Assembly (NCBI RefSeq): GCF_001194135.2
Contig: NC_069003.1
Coordinates: 28,543,290 to 28,607,289, forward strand
Length of the DNA stretch: 64,000 bases
Reading direction: 5' to 3'
Origin: Octopus bimaculoides
Taxonomy: Eukaryota
Both the position numbers and the translations under genes were made by a program. This document shows positions 28,285 to 41,171 of the stretch, one piece after another. The notes beneath the pieces were generated by a model that saw only the letters and a program-made list of their open reading frames with translations, had not been told where the DNA came from and made no database searches. The first letter of the stretch is position 1, and the number at the start of each line of letters is the position of its first letter.

Positions 28285-28445
28285 GGCACTACCTCTAGGA
28301 CCACGACCACGACCCACACCAGCACCACCAGCACCACCAGTACCGTTAGCACAACCAGCACCGCCGGCAGCACCAGCACCAGCAATAACAGCAGCTTCAC
28401 CACCTCCACGACAACCACCACCACTACCACCACCAACAACAACAC
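28285..28445. repeat. Cryptic (ACC/AGC/AAC)n trinucleotide repeat
   Basis: Explains the Pro-, Thr- and Val-rich ORFs at 28154, 28231 and 28266. Confidence 0.85.
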
Positions 28446-28585
28446 AGTAACATTAGTAAGTAACAACAGCAGAAACAGTTGCTCCCCCACGCCCCCAAAA
28501 ATTCATTCCTTACTGTTTGCTAGATTTTGAATGTTAACTGATTGTGTTTTTTTATTTCATTCAACCCCTTCGTATAAAACTGATT

Positions 28586-28969
28586 GTGGAGGCGCAATGG
28601 CCCAGTGGTTAGGGCAGCGGACTCGCGGTCATAGGATCGCGGTTTCGATTCCCAGACCGGTTGTTGTGAGTGTTTATTGAGCCAAAACGCCTAAAGCTCC
28701 ACGAGGCTCCGGCATGGGATGGTGGCAAATCCTGTTGTAATCTTCCACCAAAACTTTCTCTCGCTCTTACTTCCTGTTACTGTTGTACCTGTAATTCAAA
28801 GGGTCAGCTTTGTCACTCTGTGTCACACTGAATATCCCCGAGAACTACGTTAAGGGTACACGTGTCTGTGGAGTGCTCAGCCACATGCACGTTAATTTCA
28901 CGAGCAGGCTGTTCCGTTGATCGGATCAACTGGAACCCTCGACGTCGTAAGCGACGGAGTGCCAACAAC
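28586..28969 (+). mobile_element. Full-length tRNA-derived SINE (family A), young copy
   Basis: A box TGGCCCAGTGG, B box GGTTTCGATTCC; perfect 12-bp TSD ataaaactgatt at 28574-28585 and 28970-28981. Confidence 0.92.
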
Positions 28970-29303
28970 ATAAAACTGATTATTTACGAGTCACTCCCTC
29001 ATTAGGGTATCTGTTCGGTGTTTCAGTAATGTTAAACATTGAATCTAATATCTTGAAATATCCCTGAGCTGTTGTGATAACACTGGATTTTCCTAACTTC
29101 CAAGTTTCTTTTATTCTCAGGCCAATAACTTAAGAAACCATGCCGTTTGTTTTGCTGCTGGTTGTGTTCAACTCCAGGTCATGAAAAACAGATATATAAC
29201 TAAACATGCTCCACTACTAAGCAGATACGCTGAGAAGTGTTCGGCTCCTAAATAAACAGCATTAGGTGTTGGGAATAAAGAAGAAAAAGAAAACTTGCCT
29301 TAC

Positions 29304-29402
29304 CTGGCAAACACTGGCGAAAGAATACTTGTGGTTGTTATTGTTGTTGCTGTTGTTGTTGTCTTCACTATCATCGTCGTTATAAAATGTGAAGTCTTTC
29401 AT
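29304..29402 (-). CDS. Candidate first coding exon (MKDFTFYNDDDSEDNNNSNNNNNHKYSFASVCQ), unverified
   Basis: ATG followed by 33 open codons ending at a consensus donor CAG|GTAAGG; no recognised homology; part of it is an (AAC)n repeat. Confidence 0.2.
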
Positions 29403-29464
29403 CAGGCATTTTGAACCTTGGAGTACATTAATCCCTGCCGTCCTTCCCTTTCATATTGTTTAGT

Positions 29465-29660
29465 TACAAGTCACCCCGTGATTCAGTAAAGACACGATGA
29501 AAGCTTTTCCAAACGTCATTATCCCATTTTTCTTACAGACAATGATCAACATTATCTAACGTGTCCTCCTTCTTTTAAGACGCTAGTGTACGAACTGAAG
29601 AAGATTTGACAGTGATTTCTATTAAAGCGAGCGCTCAAGTAGAATATTCTTAGTAGCAAC
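29465..29660. repeat. Repeat family D copy
   Basis: Reverse complement carries gtcttaaaagaaggaggacacgttagataatg...aaatgggat, similar to the other D copies. Confidence 0.5.
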
Positions 29661-30260
29661 AACGGAAGTGCTAAGAGCTCTATATATAACATATAATAAC
29701 TATTTGAGGATTTATCGTTGAGGTTTATATAGAAGTCACTCCTCCCATTAACCACTTCACCTAATCCTTTCTGAATCATTTGAAATTCTATTCCCGCTTT
29801 CTATCCAGCAGTTCTGAGGTTGAAAATAAAGTATATTAATGCCATCATCTTCAGAGATGTGCAAAAGTCAATTCAAGGGCGCTAAAATCCCACTATATAA
29901 CCCATAAAATATATATCAAAAAGTAATATAAAGGATAAAATATAAACCACGTAGTTTAATACATAAAAACAAAGGGATTTCAAGTCACCTGCAGCTATTG
30001 TGCAATACAATTACCGTTTATAATAAATTGCATATTCAACGACCAAATATTTTCTCCTTTGCTCTGCTTTTGATAAATTGATCGATTGTTTGGTTCTGTG
30101 TCTGATCAGAAACACCCGGAGTTTAGGAATCGAAACTGAATCAATGACTAATCATCAAACTTTAAAAAATTATTTTTGACATATTTTTATTTTAGCAAGT
30201 TTATGGCTTTGTATTTTCGGCTGAAAATAGGCTTTATAATACGGTGCTACAATAATACTT

Positions 30261-30572
30261 GCTTACGACGACGAAGGTTCAAGATGATGCGATCAACAGA
30301 AGAAAATGCTCGTGAAGTATACGTGCAAGTGGCTGTGCACTCCATAGACACGCGTAACTTTAACGTAGTTCTCAAGGAGATTCAGCTTGACACAGAATGC
30401 AACAAGGCTGGCGGCCCTTTGAAATACAGGTACTAGCGATTTTTGAGAGCTGAGTGGAGTGGACCAGCGTGAAATAAAGTGTCTTACTGAAGGACATCAC
30501 ACGCCGCCTGTTATCGAACCCACATCCTAATGACCATGAGCTGAACACCTGAAGCACTACGCCACGCACCTT
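30261..30572 (-). mobile_element. Older family A-related SINE (tRNA head, CORE-like middle, same 3' tail)
   Basis: Minus strand: gtggcgtagtg (A box), gggttcgataac (B box), gatgtccttcagtaagacacttt (CORE-like), then the gagaactacgttaa...cacttgcacg...tcgtcgtaagc tail shared with 28586-28969. Confidence 0.8.
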
Positions 30573-32744
30573 CACTGCTACAATAATATATTGTCTTACG
30601 CACGCGCACACACACACACACGCGCACACACACATGTAGCAACGTAACCCCGCCCACCGCTCATATTTTAATGCTCACAATACTTAGTTGTATTAAGTGC
30701 ATTGAAATACTGATCACATATTAAGAGATTAAAGAAAAATATTAACGCATTGGTTAATACTGAGAGAAATATTTCTTCTGATTTCTTCAGATAATTAGGA
30801 ACACATTTGAGATCAAACGAAACTGTTCTTCGTTTTCGTTTCTTGCTGGGCATGAAACAATATTCAATGCATTCTCAGTGACTCAAGTTATTGCCCTGTT
30901 CTTCGTACCGTTAGCATAGGGTGAGTTGTAACCGAGAACACCTATGATTAATTATATTTCAATCTCGAAAATACCGCCTTTTTCCCTTCCAATGTGCAGG
31001 CTATCCAAAGACACTTCGTTCTACATGTCTTCGGTGGTGTTGTAATCTAAGACAAATTTGGCTTCTATTTCTAACAGGTTGAGTGGCAGATAGAGGCTGT
31101 GACATTGAGTTGAGGATAGGAATCAGACCTTTTAGGCACACCTGTATGCTAATGCAAAATAGTAAATAGCTACCTACCTTTTCCGTCACATTGGAGGAAG
31201 TAACTAAAGCAGCAAAATAAAAAAAAAACACACACAAAGAAACAGTGGGTAGTTGTGGTAGTTGTGGTAACAGAGGCGACGGTAGGGAGTGGTGACGGCG
31301 GCGATAGTGTTGTAGATGATGGAGTAAGGTAGAGAGAAGGAGAGAGAGAAAGAGAGGTAAAGAGGGAGAAAGGGGGAGAAAAGGTAACGGTTAGAGTAAA
31401 GAGATTACAATAGTAAATGTTGGCGATGGCGGCGGTGTTAGCGTTTATACTGGAACCTCACTGAAAGGTGACATATAAAGCTAGCTTGAATTGAGGGAGA
31501 AGAGCGAAGCAACGAACACGCACACACACACGCGGGCACATACACAAACATACACTCAAGTATGTATCGAAAGAAAACATGTCAGTGGATTAAAAAAGAA
31601 AAAAATAAGTGGGTGAGAAGTTGAGTAAGAGTGGGAGTGAAAGTAAACATGCAAGAGGAAGAGCAGAAAGTTGAGAGCGAGAGACAGAGAGATAAATTGA
31701 TATGGAGATGGAGAAAGGGAGAGAAAAAATAATCCGAAACGTGGCATGGTTTGTGACGTGACTGCGTATTTATATTTTCTCTGATTCTCCTTCTTCCTGC
31801 GTTTGGTGAACGTATTTTTAGCATATTAAAAATAACGGTTATTTAAAAGTTCGCTACACGTATACCAAAATGTTCTGCATATATGTATGTATGTATATAT
31901 TTATGTTTGCCAGTATGTACATGTGTGTAAATATAACGTTCCTGGTTTTCTATAAACTTCCAACCATTTTAAGTTTTCAAAATAACCGTGGAATTTCCTG
32001 AAGTACTGCTAGTTCTTAGGATACGAACGCGTTCTTGGATGGGAAGACACGTGAGTACTTTACGTACAGGACCACTGTCCTTTAGTCACTATCAAATTAT
32101 GCAGTATATGCTGGTATTTACTTTCTACTCTATCATTTTCTTCGGCATAAAGTCCGGCTTCTAAGTTAGAAAAGTTCTTTCAACATTCAGCGCAGGAAAT
32201 GGCTGACTTGGAATTAACCAACAACAACAACAACAACCGCTCATAACCACTATCATTAGAAACCATTTATGTCTTGTTAAAATAATAAAAAAATTTTCTA
32301 AACTTTTACTTTAATTTCAGATATAATGACATGCAGATTAGTAAAAATAATTCTGCTCTCTTAAATTTTCCCAAAATATGAAAATCTCATTAAGTAGAAC
32401 TAAATTTAACAAACGTGTTTACATCGTCTGCAATATAATTTTATTGGCCTTAAATTTTAAATTTAATTGTATTAAATTCAGACAGCAAATGAAAACAAAA
32501 TGAGAACAAAATTTTTATTAATTCGTTTTAGTCTTTCAAGATTTTAACATCAGGCCACCATTATTTTAAAGTGAGTTTCGACACTTGGAGAAAACTACAA
32601 CGGTGAGTCAGAAAGTAATACAATTTTTATTTGCATTAAATTTTTACCGTCAAAAGTATTCATACCTTGTCTCTGTGACGGAATACCCGGTGCACGGACA
32701 TGCTAACCAACCACTTGGGTTACCCCAGAAACAGCTGTAAGGTT

Positions 32745-32870
32745 TCATCGTTTTGCAATCGATTAGCAAAGTACCAATTGTGCACTGGTATCGACGTAAT
32801 TGACACATTCGCTCACTTTTCCCAAAATTCCAGACCTTGTGTCTGCTGTAGAAAGGATAAATTATGACTA
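32745..32870 (+). mobile_element. Old SINE family C 3' half
   Basis: Reverse complement cacaaggtctggaattttggg...tcgataccagtgcacaattggtac aligns with the reverse complement of 59975-60189. Confidence 0.6.
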
Positions 32871-33271
32871 CATCCCATAGTGATTTAGCAGTGGGAGTGC
32901 ATTTGAAGAAACCTGTGTTTTGGATATAGAAACTACGAAGATATTCAGAGCCACGAGTAAGTTTCACGTTAATAGTAGTAGAGTAAAATTAACACGATCT
33001 ATATGAGAGGGAGGGGATGAAAGTGGAGGAATGTCGTAATATTTAGACAATCCGCACTGAACACTATTAGAAGTAATGAATGTATTACGTACGTATTAGG
33101 ATGTGGAAATAACATCTAGAAAGGGCTTATTGTACTCAGTTTTTGTATTTGGTTTGCAAAATTCTTTATGTGAAATCGTGTGTTGAAACCAATTGTGTTG
33201 TGTCTAGGGAGAGTCATTATATCAATATTAATTACACATGCACTGGCTCAATTCCACTTCTTTGTTTTTAA

Positions 33272-33480
33272 GATGTATGGCTTGCTGGTTAGGATACTGA
33301 ACTCATGATCGTAAGATTGTGGTTTCGATTCTTGGACCGGGCGACGCGTTGTGTTTTTGAGCAAAATGAGTCATCCGGTGACGGACTGATGTCCCGTCCA
33401 TGTAGGGAATATATACGCCATGAAACCGGGAAACCGGTCCTTATGAATCGGTATGACTCGAAAACGTAAACTTACCTTTT
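33272..33480 (+). mobile_element. Internally deleted tRNA-headed SINE with CORE-like start and ctt(t)acctttt 3' end
   Basis: ggtttcgattc B box, gcgttgtgtttttgagcaa (CORE-like), gtgacggactgatgtcccgtcca, gaaaccgggaaaccgg, tail aacttaccttttt. Confidence 0.6.
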
Positions 33481-34080
33481 TACCTACTCCTTTATCATTA
33501 GTCAGTTGGTTAAATATCCAACTGACAAATCGATTAGTTAGTAACCAATTGGCTAATAAAGGAATGAAATTGAACCAGTGTGTGTGTTAATAACATTGGC
33601 ATAATGATTCTCCATAGACACAAAAACATATTGAAAGCTACAAATAAATTACTTCGCATTTGCATCTAATAGCATAGTGTATAGTTATTTATGTAAACCA
33701 ATGGTAGTTGAATTAACCTACTTGATTAGAAAATTAGAGGAGAAAAACTCATGATAGCAAAAGGAATTATCCTTTTGCATATATATACTGCAAGCTAGAA
33801 AATGGAAACTATATTCAGAACAAAATTAGCTTCTCTCTGGGTCTGTACTAAATACATCAAATCTCACCTGGGAAAACGTCTTCGTTTTTCAAGAACAGGA
33901 GATAACAACAATGTACCTGATTAATAAAAGAAATAAAAATACCTTCTGTCTTATACGCTTCGATTGAAAATGTTAATTGAGCCTTACAATTAGGAAATAC
34001 ATCACCCAGATCTACAGCAGCTATACGAAAATGTTGGCAAGATATGATACTTCCTTGAGACAAGACAATGCTAAAACTGG

Positions 34081-34390
34081 AGCAGGCATGGCTGTATGGT
34101 TAAAAGTAGTTCGTTTTTCACTTTGTAATCACGTGCTTTACGGTTCGGTCCGAACGCGCATTACATCGGGCAAATCACTTCTACAATAGCTCCGAGTTAA
34201 CAAACGTCTCGTGAGTGAATTTAGTAGAAGGAAACTGTGTAGAAATCCATCAGGTACACGTGTATATACATAGTTTATTTTTTTACTTGTTTCAGTCATT
34301 TGATTGCGGCCATGCTGTAGCATCGCCTTTAGTCGAACAAATCGACCCAACAACTTATTCTTTGTAAGTCTAGTCCTTATTCTATTATGC
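34081..34390. mobile_element. SINE family B head (+, 34081-34270) abutting family B tail (-, 34271-34390)
   Basis: By-eye alignment to 23490-23883. Confidence 0.65.
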
Positions 34391-34645
34391 TAAATTGGTG
34401 TGGAACTTAAAGCTTCAGTCTTTAAATTTTCATTTTCAACTAGAATCATAGGTGCTCTGTGCTATATAACTACATATTTGTATAAAAAGAAACAACTTGC
34501 GAACGTATGTGTATATCCATTGTTCGTGGAATGAACATATGTACACAGTTGCGTACAGGCATGTGGCATACTGACATATGCATCAACAAGAGTCATGCAT
34601 CAGTTCTGTCTTAAAAAATCTTCTACACTCATTTCATGACTGCCA

Positions 34646-34689
<44 letters not shown>

Positions 34690-34961
34690 CTTCATATATT
34701 GATGCACATATTCAAAAATATGCCTGGAACTGGTTTAACTGAAAAAAAAAAAAAAGTTTATTAGTGACAGGTTTCAAGATATGCGTACACACATGCATAC
34801 ACATATCACATAAAACCATACAGTACAGATATGCATTACATACAAATATACATGTATTCAGACATATATACATAGGCACATACACGCATAAAGACATGGT
34901 TGTGTACGGTTTTGTTTGCCTATTTTTCATCTATCTATCTCTCTATCTATCTATCTATCTC

Positions 34962-34997
<36 letters not shown>

Positions 34998-35011
34998 CTT
35001 TTATTCTTTTG

Positions 35012-35214
35012 TTCTTTTACTTGTTACAGTTACTTGACTGCGGCCATGCTGGAACATCACCTTTAACCGAATAAATCGACCTCAGAACTTATTCTTTGTA
35101 AGCCTAGTAGTTATTCTATCGGTCTTTTGCCGAACTAATAAGCTATGGGGATGTACATACAGCAACATCGGTTTTCAAGTGATGGTTGGAGGGGGGACAA
35201 AGACAGACACACAA

Positions 35215-35265
<51 letters not shown>

Positions 35266-35653
35266 GGTGTAAAATGGTTAAATGTCGATTCGTACTTTAA
35301 TTTGGAGGTTTCCAAAAAAGATTTCTAATGTTGATTCTTCATATTTTGCTAGTAGTTTACAGGCGTAAATTTCCAAAGATATGAAGGTAATACCTGTATA
35401 TGATGGCCGTTATTAACTAAATTGATGAGTTTTATTCTACTTCTTTCTATAAATTAACCACACATCATATATATATATATGCATTTATACGACAGGCTTC
35501 TCTCAGTTTCCATCTCCGAAATCCACTCACAAGGATTTGGTTAGCCCGATACTATAGTAGAAGACACTCGTCCGAGGTGCCACGCAGTGGGACTGAACCT
35601 GGAACCATGTGGTTGGATTGCAAGCGACTCACTACATCGCCACTCCTGCGCCT
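35012..35653 (-). mobile_element. SINE family B interrupted in its central microsatellite by a ~200-bp insertion
   Basis: Tail half at 35012-35260 and head half at 35470-35653 both align to 23490-23883. Confidence 0.8.
35266..35467. mobile_element. Putative Tc1/mariner-type MITE inserted in (TA)n
   Basis: TA-flanked on both sides; degenerate terminal inverted similarity (ggtgt..tggttaaat / aaattaaccacacatc). Confidence 0.4.
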
Positions 35654-35748
35654 GCGTGTCTGTATCCATAAATATATATTTATATATGTATATATATTAT
35701 GTGTATATATATATACGTAAATATACACGCACTTATATATGTATATAT

Positions 35749-35848
<100 letters not shown>

Positions 35849-36920
35849 GTGTATATATACATGCGTAAGTAGATATATATGTTCATTTGTATATATATAA
35901 CACACACATTATATATATATAGACATACATACGTACATACATATGTATGTATATATATATATATATTTCTCAGTGTGCGTGTACACATGACATGTATGTA
36001 TAAAAGCAGGAGAAATTATACGAGATTTGATTAATTAAAGAAATTATATGGTTATATGGTGACAAACCATTGATTTATATTTCTTGGTAGGACAAACTGA
36101 ATCACTTGAATGCCATTAATTGATGTTCTACACTGACATGTACCGAGTTATCTATGTGTCTCTTGAGAAGACATAATCAGCAGATAATTGTCAGCCATAT
36201 TATACGAACAATGCTTTTAAACAACTATCTTACTAACTAACGTCAAACAGATATTTATATACCATTAAACATAGATTAGTTTTACCCGTCTGTAAATGGC
36301 CGGACTGCTCTGCGGCTAGCTGTAACAGAAATGTTATTAGACGCAATAAGAATAATAAAATTACACACGTACACGTAGACAAAAATATACTGATAAAAGA
36401 ACACAGAAATGTGTGCACATCCATAAAGCAAGGAGGAGAGGATTTACGTAGTCATTGTGGCTCGTTCAATCAGCTAAATATTAATTAATAGCTGACATGT
36501 TTCTATTAAAATATTCCCAACAAGTTCTAAAATAGATTACTTATTTAAGGCTAATTCGAAATGTATTAGGCAAAGATATCAAGTGTTTTTTATTTTATGG
36601 CCAGTTTCAATTATATGCCTGATCAATCATGAATGACCTAGTGCTAAGCATCAACATCGTCAACAATAGCAGCAGAAGCAACATACCCATTTTTTTCATA
36701 CAAAGTTATAGACAGATGAATTTATGGAGGAATGAGTAGATATAGGAATGGGTATACAGAGTGATTGATCATATACTGATGAACAAATTAATAATACATA
36801 TATTTGTAAGATGTGCAAAGGTTAAGCGAAATTGACGAACTTCTTGTCTAATGATATTTAAATTAATATTCTCTTGTTACTGAAATATCTTATCTTTAAG
36901 CACAGAAACGATGCAATTTG

Positions 36921-37124
36921 TAGTGATCTGCAACCACTGTGTGCGGCACACTGGCGTTCCACGGCACACTGGTGTGTCACGAGACGATGCTAGGTGTGCC
37001 GCATTGTAACCTGAATATATATTTTTTTCCCTATACTTTTAGTTATATTTTTATTTCAGGTGTGCCGACGAATTTTGGAAATGATGTAAGTGTATCGCAA
37101 GTGAAAACAGGTTGCGGAGCACGG
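36921..37124. mobile_element. hAT (Charlie-like) non-autonomous element
   Basis: Termini tagtgatctgcaacc / ggttgcggagcacgg form imperfect TIRs; internal gtgtgccg/cggcacac subterminal motifs; TSD not clear. Confidence 0.6.
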
Positions 37125-39070
37125 ATTTAGATCATCAACCAAGAAGTTCTTGCAGGTTACTGTAACCACTTTTGAACTTTAGTGTCTCATTAAATTTATA
37201 GGCTGTTATAGATGTAGAAATACCTTACTTGATCTGTTTTCATAGCGGTATTTGAACTACCAACATAAGGTCCGGAGAATCACGTAGAGAGGATTTTTTA
37301 TGTGAGTGCTTTATGAATTGCATGTAATTTGAACTTGTAACCATGCATGTTAATTGAGCATATTACCACACTTATAACTAGCATAAAATATCGGTAACTC
37401 AAGCATTTTGCATCGCATGTTATTTGTGCATATAACACTACATGTCAAATTATATGTAATTCGAAATTTGTATTGCTACATGATACCCGGAAAAGTAATA
37501 CTGCGTGTAAATCGAGCAGTAGTACTGTGTACACACGTAACTCGAATCTGCAACAGCAGATGCAACTCAAGTACATGACACAACATGCAAATCGAACCAA
37601 CGAAGCGGCTCTGCCTGGTCGCTCGATCTGCTAGATATAACAGCTAAATTTCTCTCAAATTCCCTTCGTAAAAGGACAGTTTCTTTAATGTAGTTATAGA
37701 TATGAAATACCTGAGAATAAGCTGTCATGGCCATGCTAGAATGTCTTTGAAGTACGTCTGGTCAGTTAAAGCTGACTAATGTTTAAATAGCAATAAAACC
37801 AACAGCTTTATATTGCGTGAGATGTTCTCTTGATAGGATCACATACAAGAATGTTTTTAGCATTCATTAAATGAGAAAAAATGATCACTATAGAACGATG
37901 GAGTCAACAATTCCAAGATAATTCACACACATACTACATAACCACACAATACCCAACACGATGTTAAGACGAAGAAGAGATATTGGAAATCTGAACAGAA
38001 ATGAATAAATACATAAACAAGGTAACACACGATTTGAGTTTAACTGCATTGGTGAATGTTTATAAGTTTATAACAAATAATTAAAAATATTTCAGAATCA
38101 GTGATAGATCAACTCACATAAAGAAGATAGAAAAACGAACCAAAGTAATTGTCCACACATACAAAGCTATGTTCACAAAACAAATGAAAGTAATAGAACC
38201 TTATCCACTACACGCTACAAAAGCTAGTATGGACACCTGATTGATAACCTGAGGGGAGAAAAGAATAAGCAAAACACATAAACAAAATCATTCAGAACCT
38301 TTAAAATTACAAAGCAATAACCTATTTACTAGCAATTTACAAAACCCCGGAAGAGTGGCTATTCATTTGAAATATTAAACAGAACAGACGGCAGAATTGA
38401 ATCTATAGGAGTGATAGAAAAGTTGCTGGTAAAACCTGTGATTATATATGACTATAGAAAGCGAAATACTAATCTAAACTTTATAAAGATACATCATACA
38501 TTGCCTTTCTACTTTTGATTTTTTCTTATTCCTTTCTTATTTCTTAATGGCAAAAGTTGGTTATCTTCATTGATACCGCAAAAAATCAATACGTTTATTA
38601 TTTAAGTTGTTGTAGCCAGTTTAGTATATAATTTCACCTGATACAGTGTATTGCTTATACTATCCATAATTCCGAAATATAGACATATCTCTCATTGCAT
38701 GATGTTTAAATGGGGTGAATGGATAATTATTGACAATATTTAATTGATATCTGAATTGGGAATTTCAACAAGAACCACAAACCAGGTGAACAAAGTGACA
38801 CTATTTTCTATAAACCTTAGCAATCAATCAAGAGTGATATATTTCTTTGTATCTGTTTTTGTCTATAACTTTTAATGGAGTTGGGAGACAGCGTTAGACT
38901 CTGTGTGGCTTTTATGATAGATGAGCTAGATGGAACAGAGGTATAAAATTACATTCGTTGAAACTCGAAGATCCAGCTTGTTTAAAAGTATCAATTGTAT
39001 TATTTCTGACACTGTAGCAATAGACGCACATTTTTTGCGCATCAGTTACCCTCAGAATAGTTTTACATAC

Positions 39071-39212
39071 CAAGAAGTTCTTCCAAATCGTAATTGTTCC
39101 ACACTTCATACCGATAAGTATAATATTCTATATGTGCATAATAATTTACTTCCAAAGTACTGTATGCTGTTTTAATTGATTGTTTCACTTTGGCATATAT
39201 ATGTGAAGCAAC
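39071..39212 (-). CDS. Candidate internal exon (VASHIYAKVKQSIKTAYSTLEVNYYAHIEYYTYRYEVWNNYDLEELL), unverified
   Basis: 142-nt stop-free segment between an AG (39213-14) and donor GTATGT (39069-70) in non-repetitive DNA; no recognised homology. Confidence 0.25.
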
Positions 39213-40600
39213 CTATTTATATTCAAAATTGACGATAACTTAAAATAAATCTGAAATATATGCGACGGAAGTCGTCAATTAATAAATGTTAATAAGATTT
39301 AATCAATCTCAGACATAAATATTTAGATAGGAAGCTATTCTGTTACACAGACGGATGCAGTATAATGAATTATAGCGTTTGCGATAAAATGTTATTTCGT
39401 GAAATAGAAAGCTCGCAATGATATCGGCAATTGTTTTATAACAGCGTCAAAGTCATTTGAAACAATAACAATAGAAACGAACAACAACAATAACATTATC
39501 ATCAGCATCTTGCTCACCACTACAAAACAAACGATATCTACAACTTCTGCAACAACAAATGCAACAAAACCACGACGAAAACAACAACTATGATAAAACC
39601 AGCAACACAAATGGAATGTAACAAATGAAAGTTTTCAACGTATTATATGTTGTGCTTCATTTTATGACTATTGATCTACTTCCTTTCCTGTCTCCTGGCC
39701 TTTGTCTGTCTCCATCTTTCTTTCTTTCTTCCTTAATTTCTTTCTCTCTCTCTCTCTGTCAGTATAATTCAGACATTCTCTCTGTTTCTGTCTCTGTTTA
39801 TCTCATATATCTTTCCATCTCCCTCCCTTCTTCCTCCTCCTCACTATCTCTGTCCTTACCAGTGATAATGTTCACACTCTTTACTGTTGAAGGTAATATA
39901 ACACCAACAGATTTATTATTTGATACCTGACCAGGTTTATATGATCTATTGAGTTATCTTGTGCTTCATCGAAAATCAATTAGTCTTGTAATATCAGTGC
40001 TACACAGATAAAGGGGACTAATTAATTCTGTAAATCAACACCGAGAAAACGGAAACAGATGGAATTTATTGATGAGTCAAATTCTTTAATGAGGTATATG
40101 TAAGTTAGGTATTTACAACAAAACTTAAACTTACAGTCTCTTCTGATTGTTCAAGAAGATTTTATCGTGTAATAATTGTTTAGTCGAAGACGGAAGTGTT
40201 GTAATTAATATTCTAACTTAATTCACCTTACATAATTGCTCAGGAGCGATTAAAAATAGATAAAGTTGTTAGTGGATGTATATGCATATTTTAAGAGTTA
40301 TTGCGCTCTCATCAACACCGCATCCAACCCAATGCAATATAACAATATTAAATGTGGTGGATTCTAAATCATGCACAAGGCCAAAATGTCGAAGTAAAAA
40401 GGTTTAGTTAATTAATTCAATTCTCGGAAAATCACGGCTGTTTTGTTCTATCGAACACGGAAGTTTGGAAGGCAATGTTGGTTTTAATGGAAATGGAACT
40501 CAGAGTATAAAGAGAGGGAACGAATTCCGCAAAACATTTTGTTTGGTGCCTTAATGATTGTTCTAATCCACCACTCATATAATTGTCATATTTAAATTTA

Positions 40601-40988
40601 TTCTTTTATTGGTTTCAGTCATTTGACCGCGGCCATGCTGGAGCACCGCCTTTAAGTCGAACAAATCGACCCCAGGACTCTCTTTTGCCGAAGCGCTGCT
40701 GTTACGGAAACGTAAACACGCCAACATCGGTTGTCAAGCGATGGTTGGAGTGTGTGTGTGTGGGGGGGGGGGATAAACAGAGACACACAAATACACACAC
40801 ACAGACATACAAACACACATATATATATATATACGACGGGATTCTTTCAGTTTCCGTCTACGAAATCCACTCTCTAGGCTTTGGTCGGCTCGATGCTCTA
40901 GTAAAAAAGACTTACCCAAAGTTCCACGCAGTGGGACTGAAGCCAGAACCATGTGGTTGGGAAGCAAGCTTCTTACCATACAGCCACT
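40601..40988 (-). mobile_element. Near full-length SINE family B
   Basis: Colinear with 23490-23883, including the central microsatellite. Confidence 0.85.
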
Positions 40989-41171
40989 ATATTTCCATAG
41001 ATTTGCTATAGAATTCAGATCCAACACTGAAAGTAATCAAGTTTTGTATATGAAAATAATGCGATCAGACTTAGACAGAATAGGTAGTGGGTGTATAGAC
41101 ATATCTCAAGAGTTACTGCTCTTTCATCAGAGCCACATCCAACCCATCACCTATCCCTATATAGTAGTGTG

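Noticed and set aside
28586-28665. tRNA gene-like sequence (also at 9751)
   Set aside because: A and B boxes are present, but it continues into a SINE body with a TSD and has no acceptor stem or T-run terminator; it is a SINE head
32060-32170. Protein-like minus segment EAGLYAEENDRVESKYQHILHNLIVTKGQWSC
   Set aside because: Overlaps what looks like a very old family C SINE; no supporting neighbouring exon
32650-32967. 105-aa Cys/Trp-rich minus ORF with apparently good splice sites (32666-32845)
   Set aside because: Its core is the reverse complement of an old family C SINE copy, so the open frame is probably fortuitous
33868-33916. 49-nt candidate minus exon (GTLLLSPVLEKRRRFP) with AG/GTGAG sites
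   Set aside because: Phase-compatible with 39071-39212, but its proposed downstream partner turned out to be SINE-derived; two frames are open and it cannot be assigned
36236-36490. ~83-codon stop-free plus frame containing CKWPDC (zinc-finger-like)
   Set aside because: No His pair at C2H2 spacing, no ATG and no good splice donor
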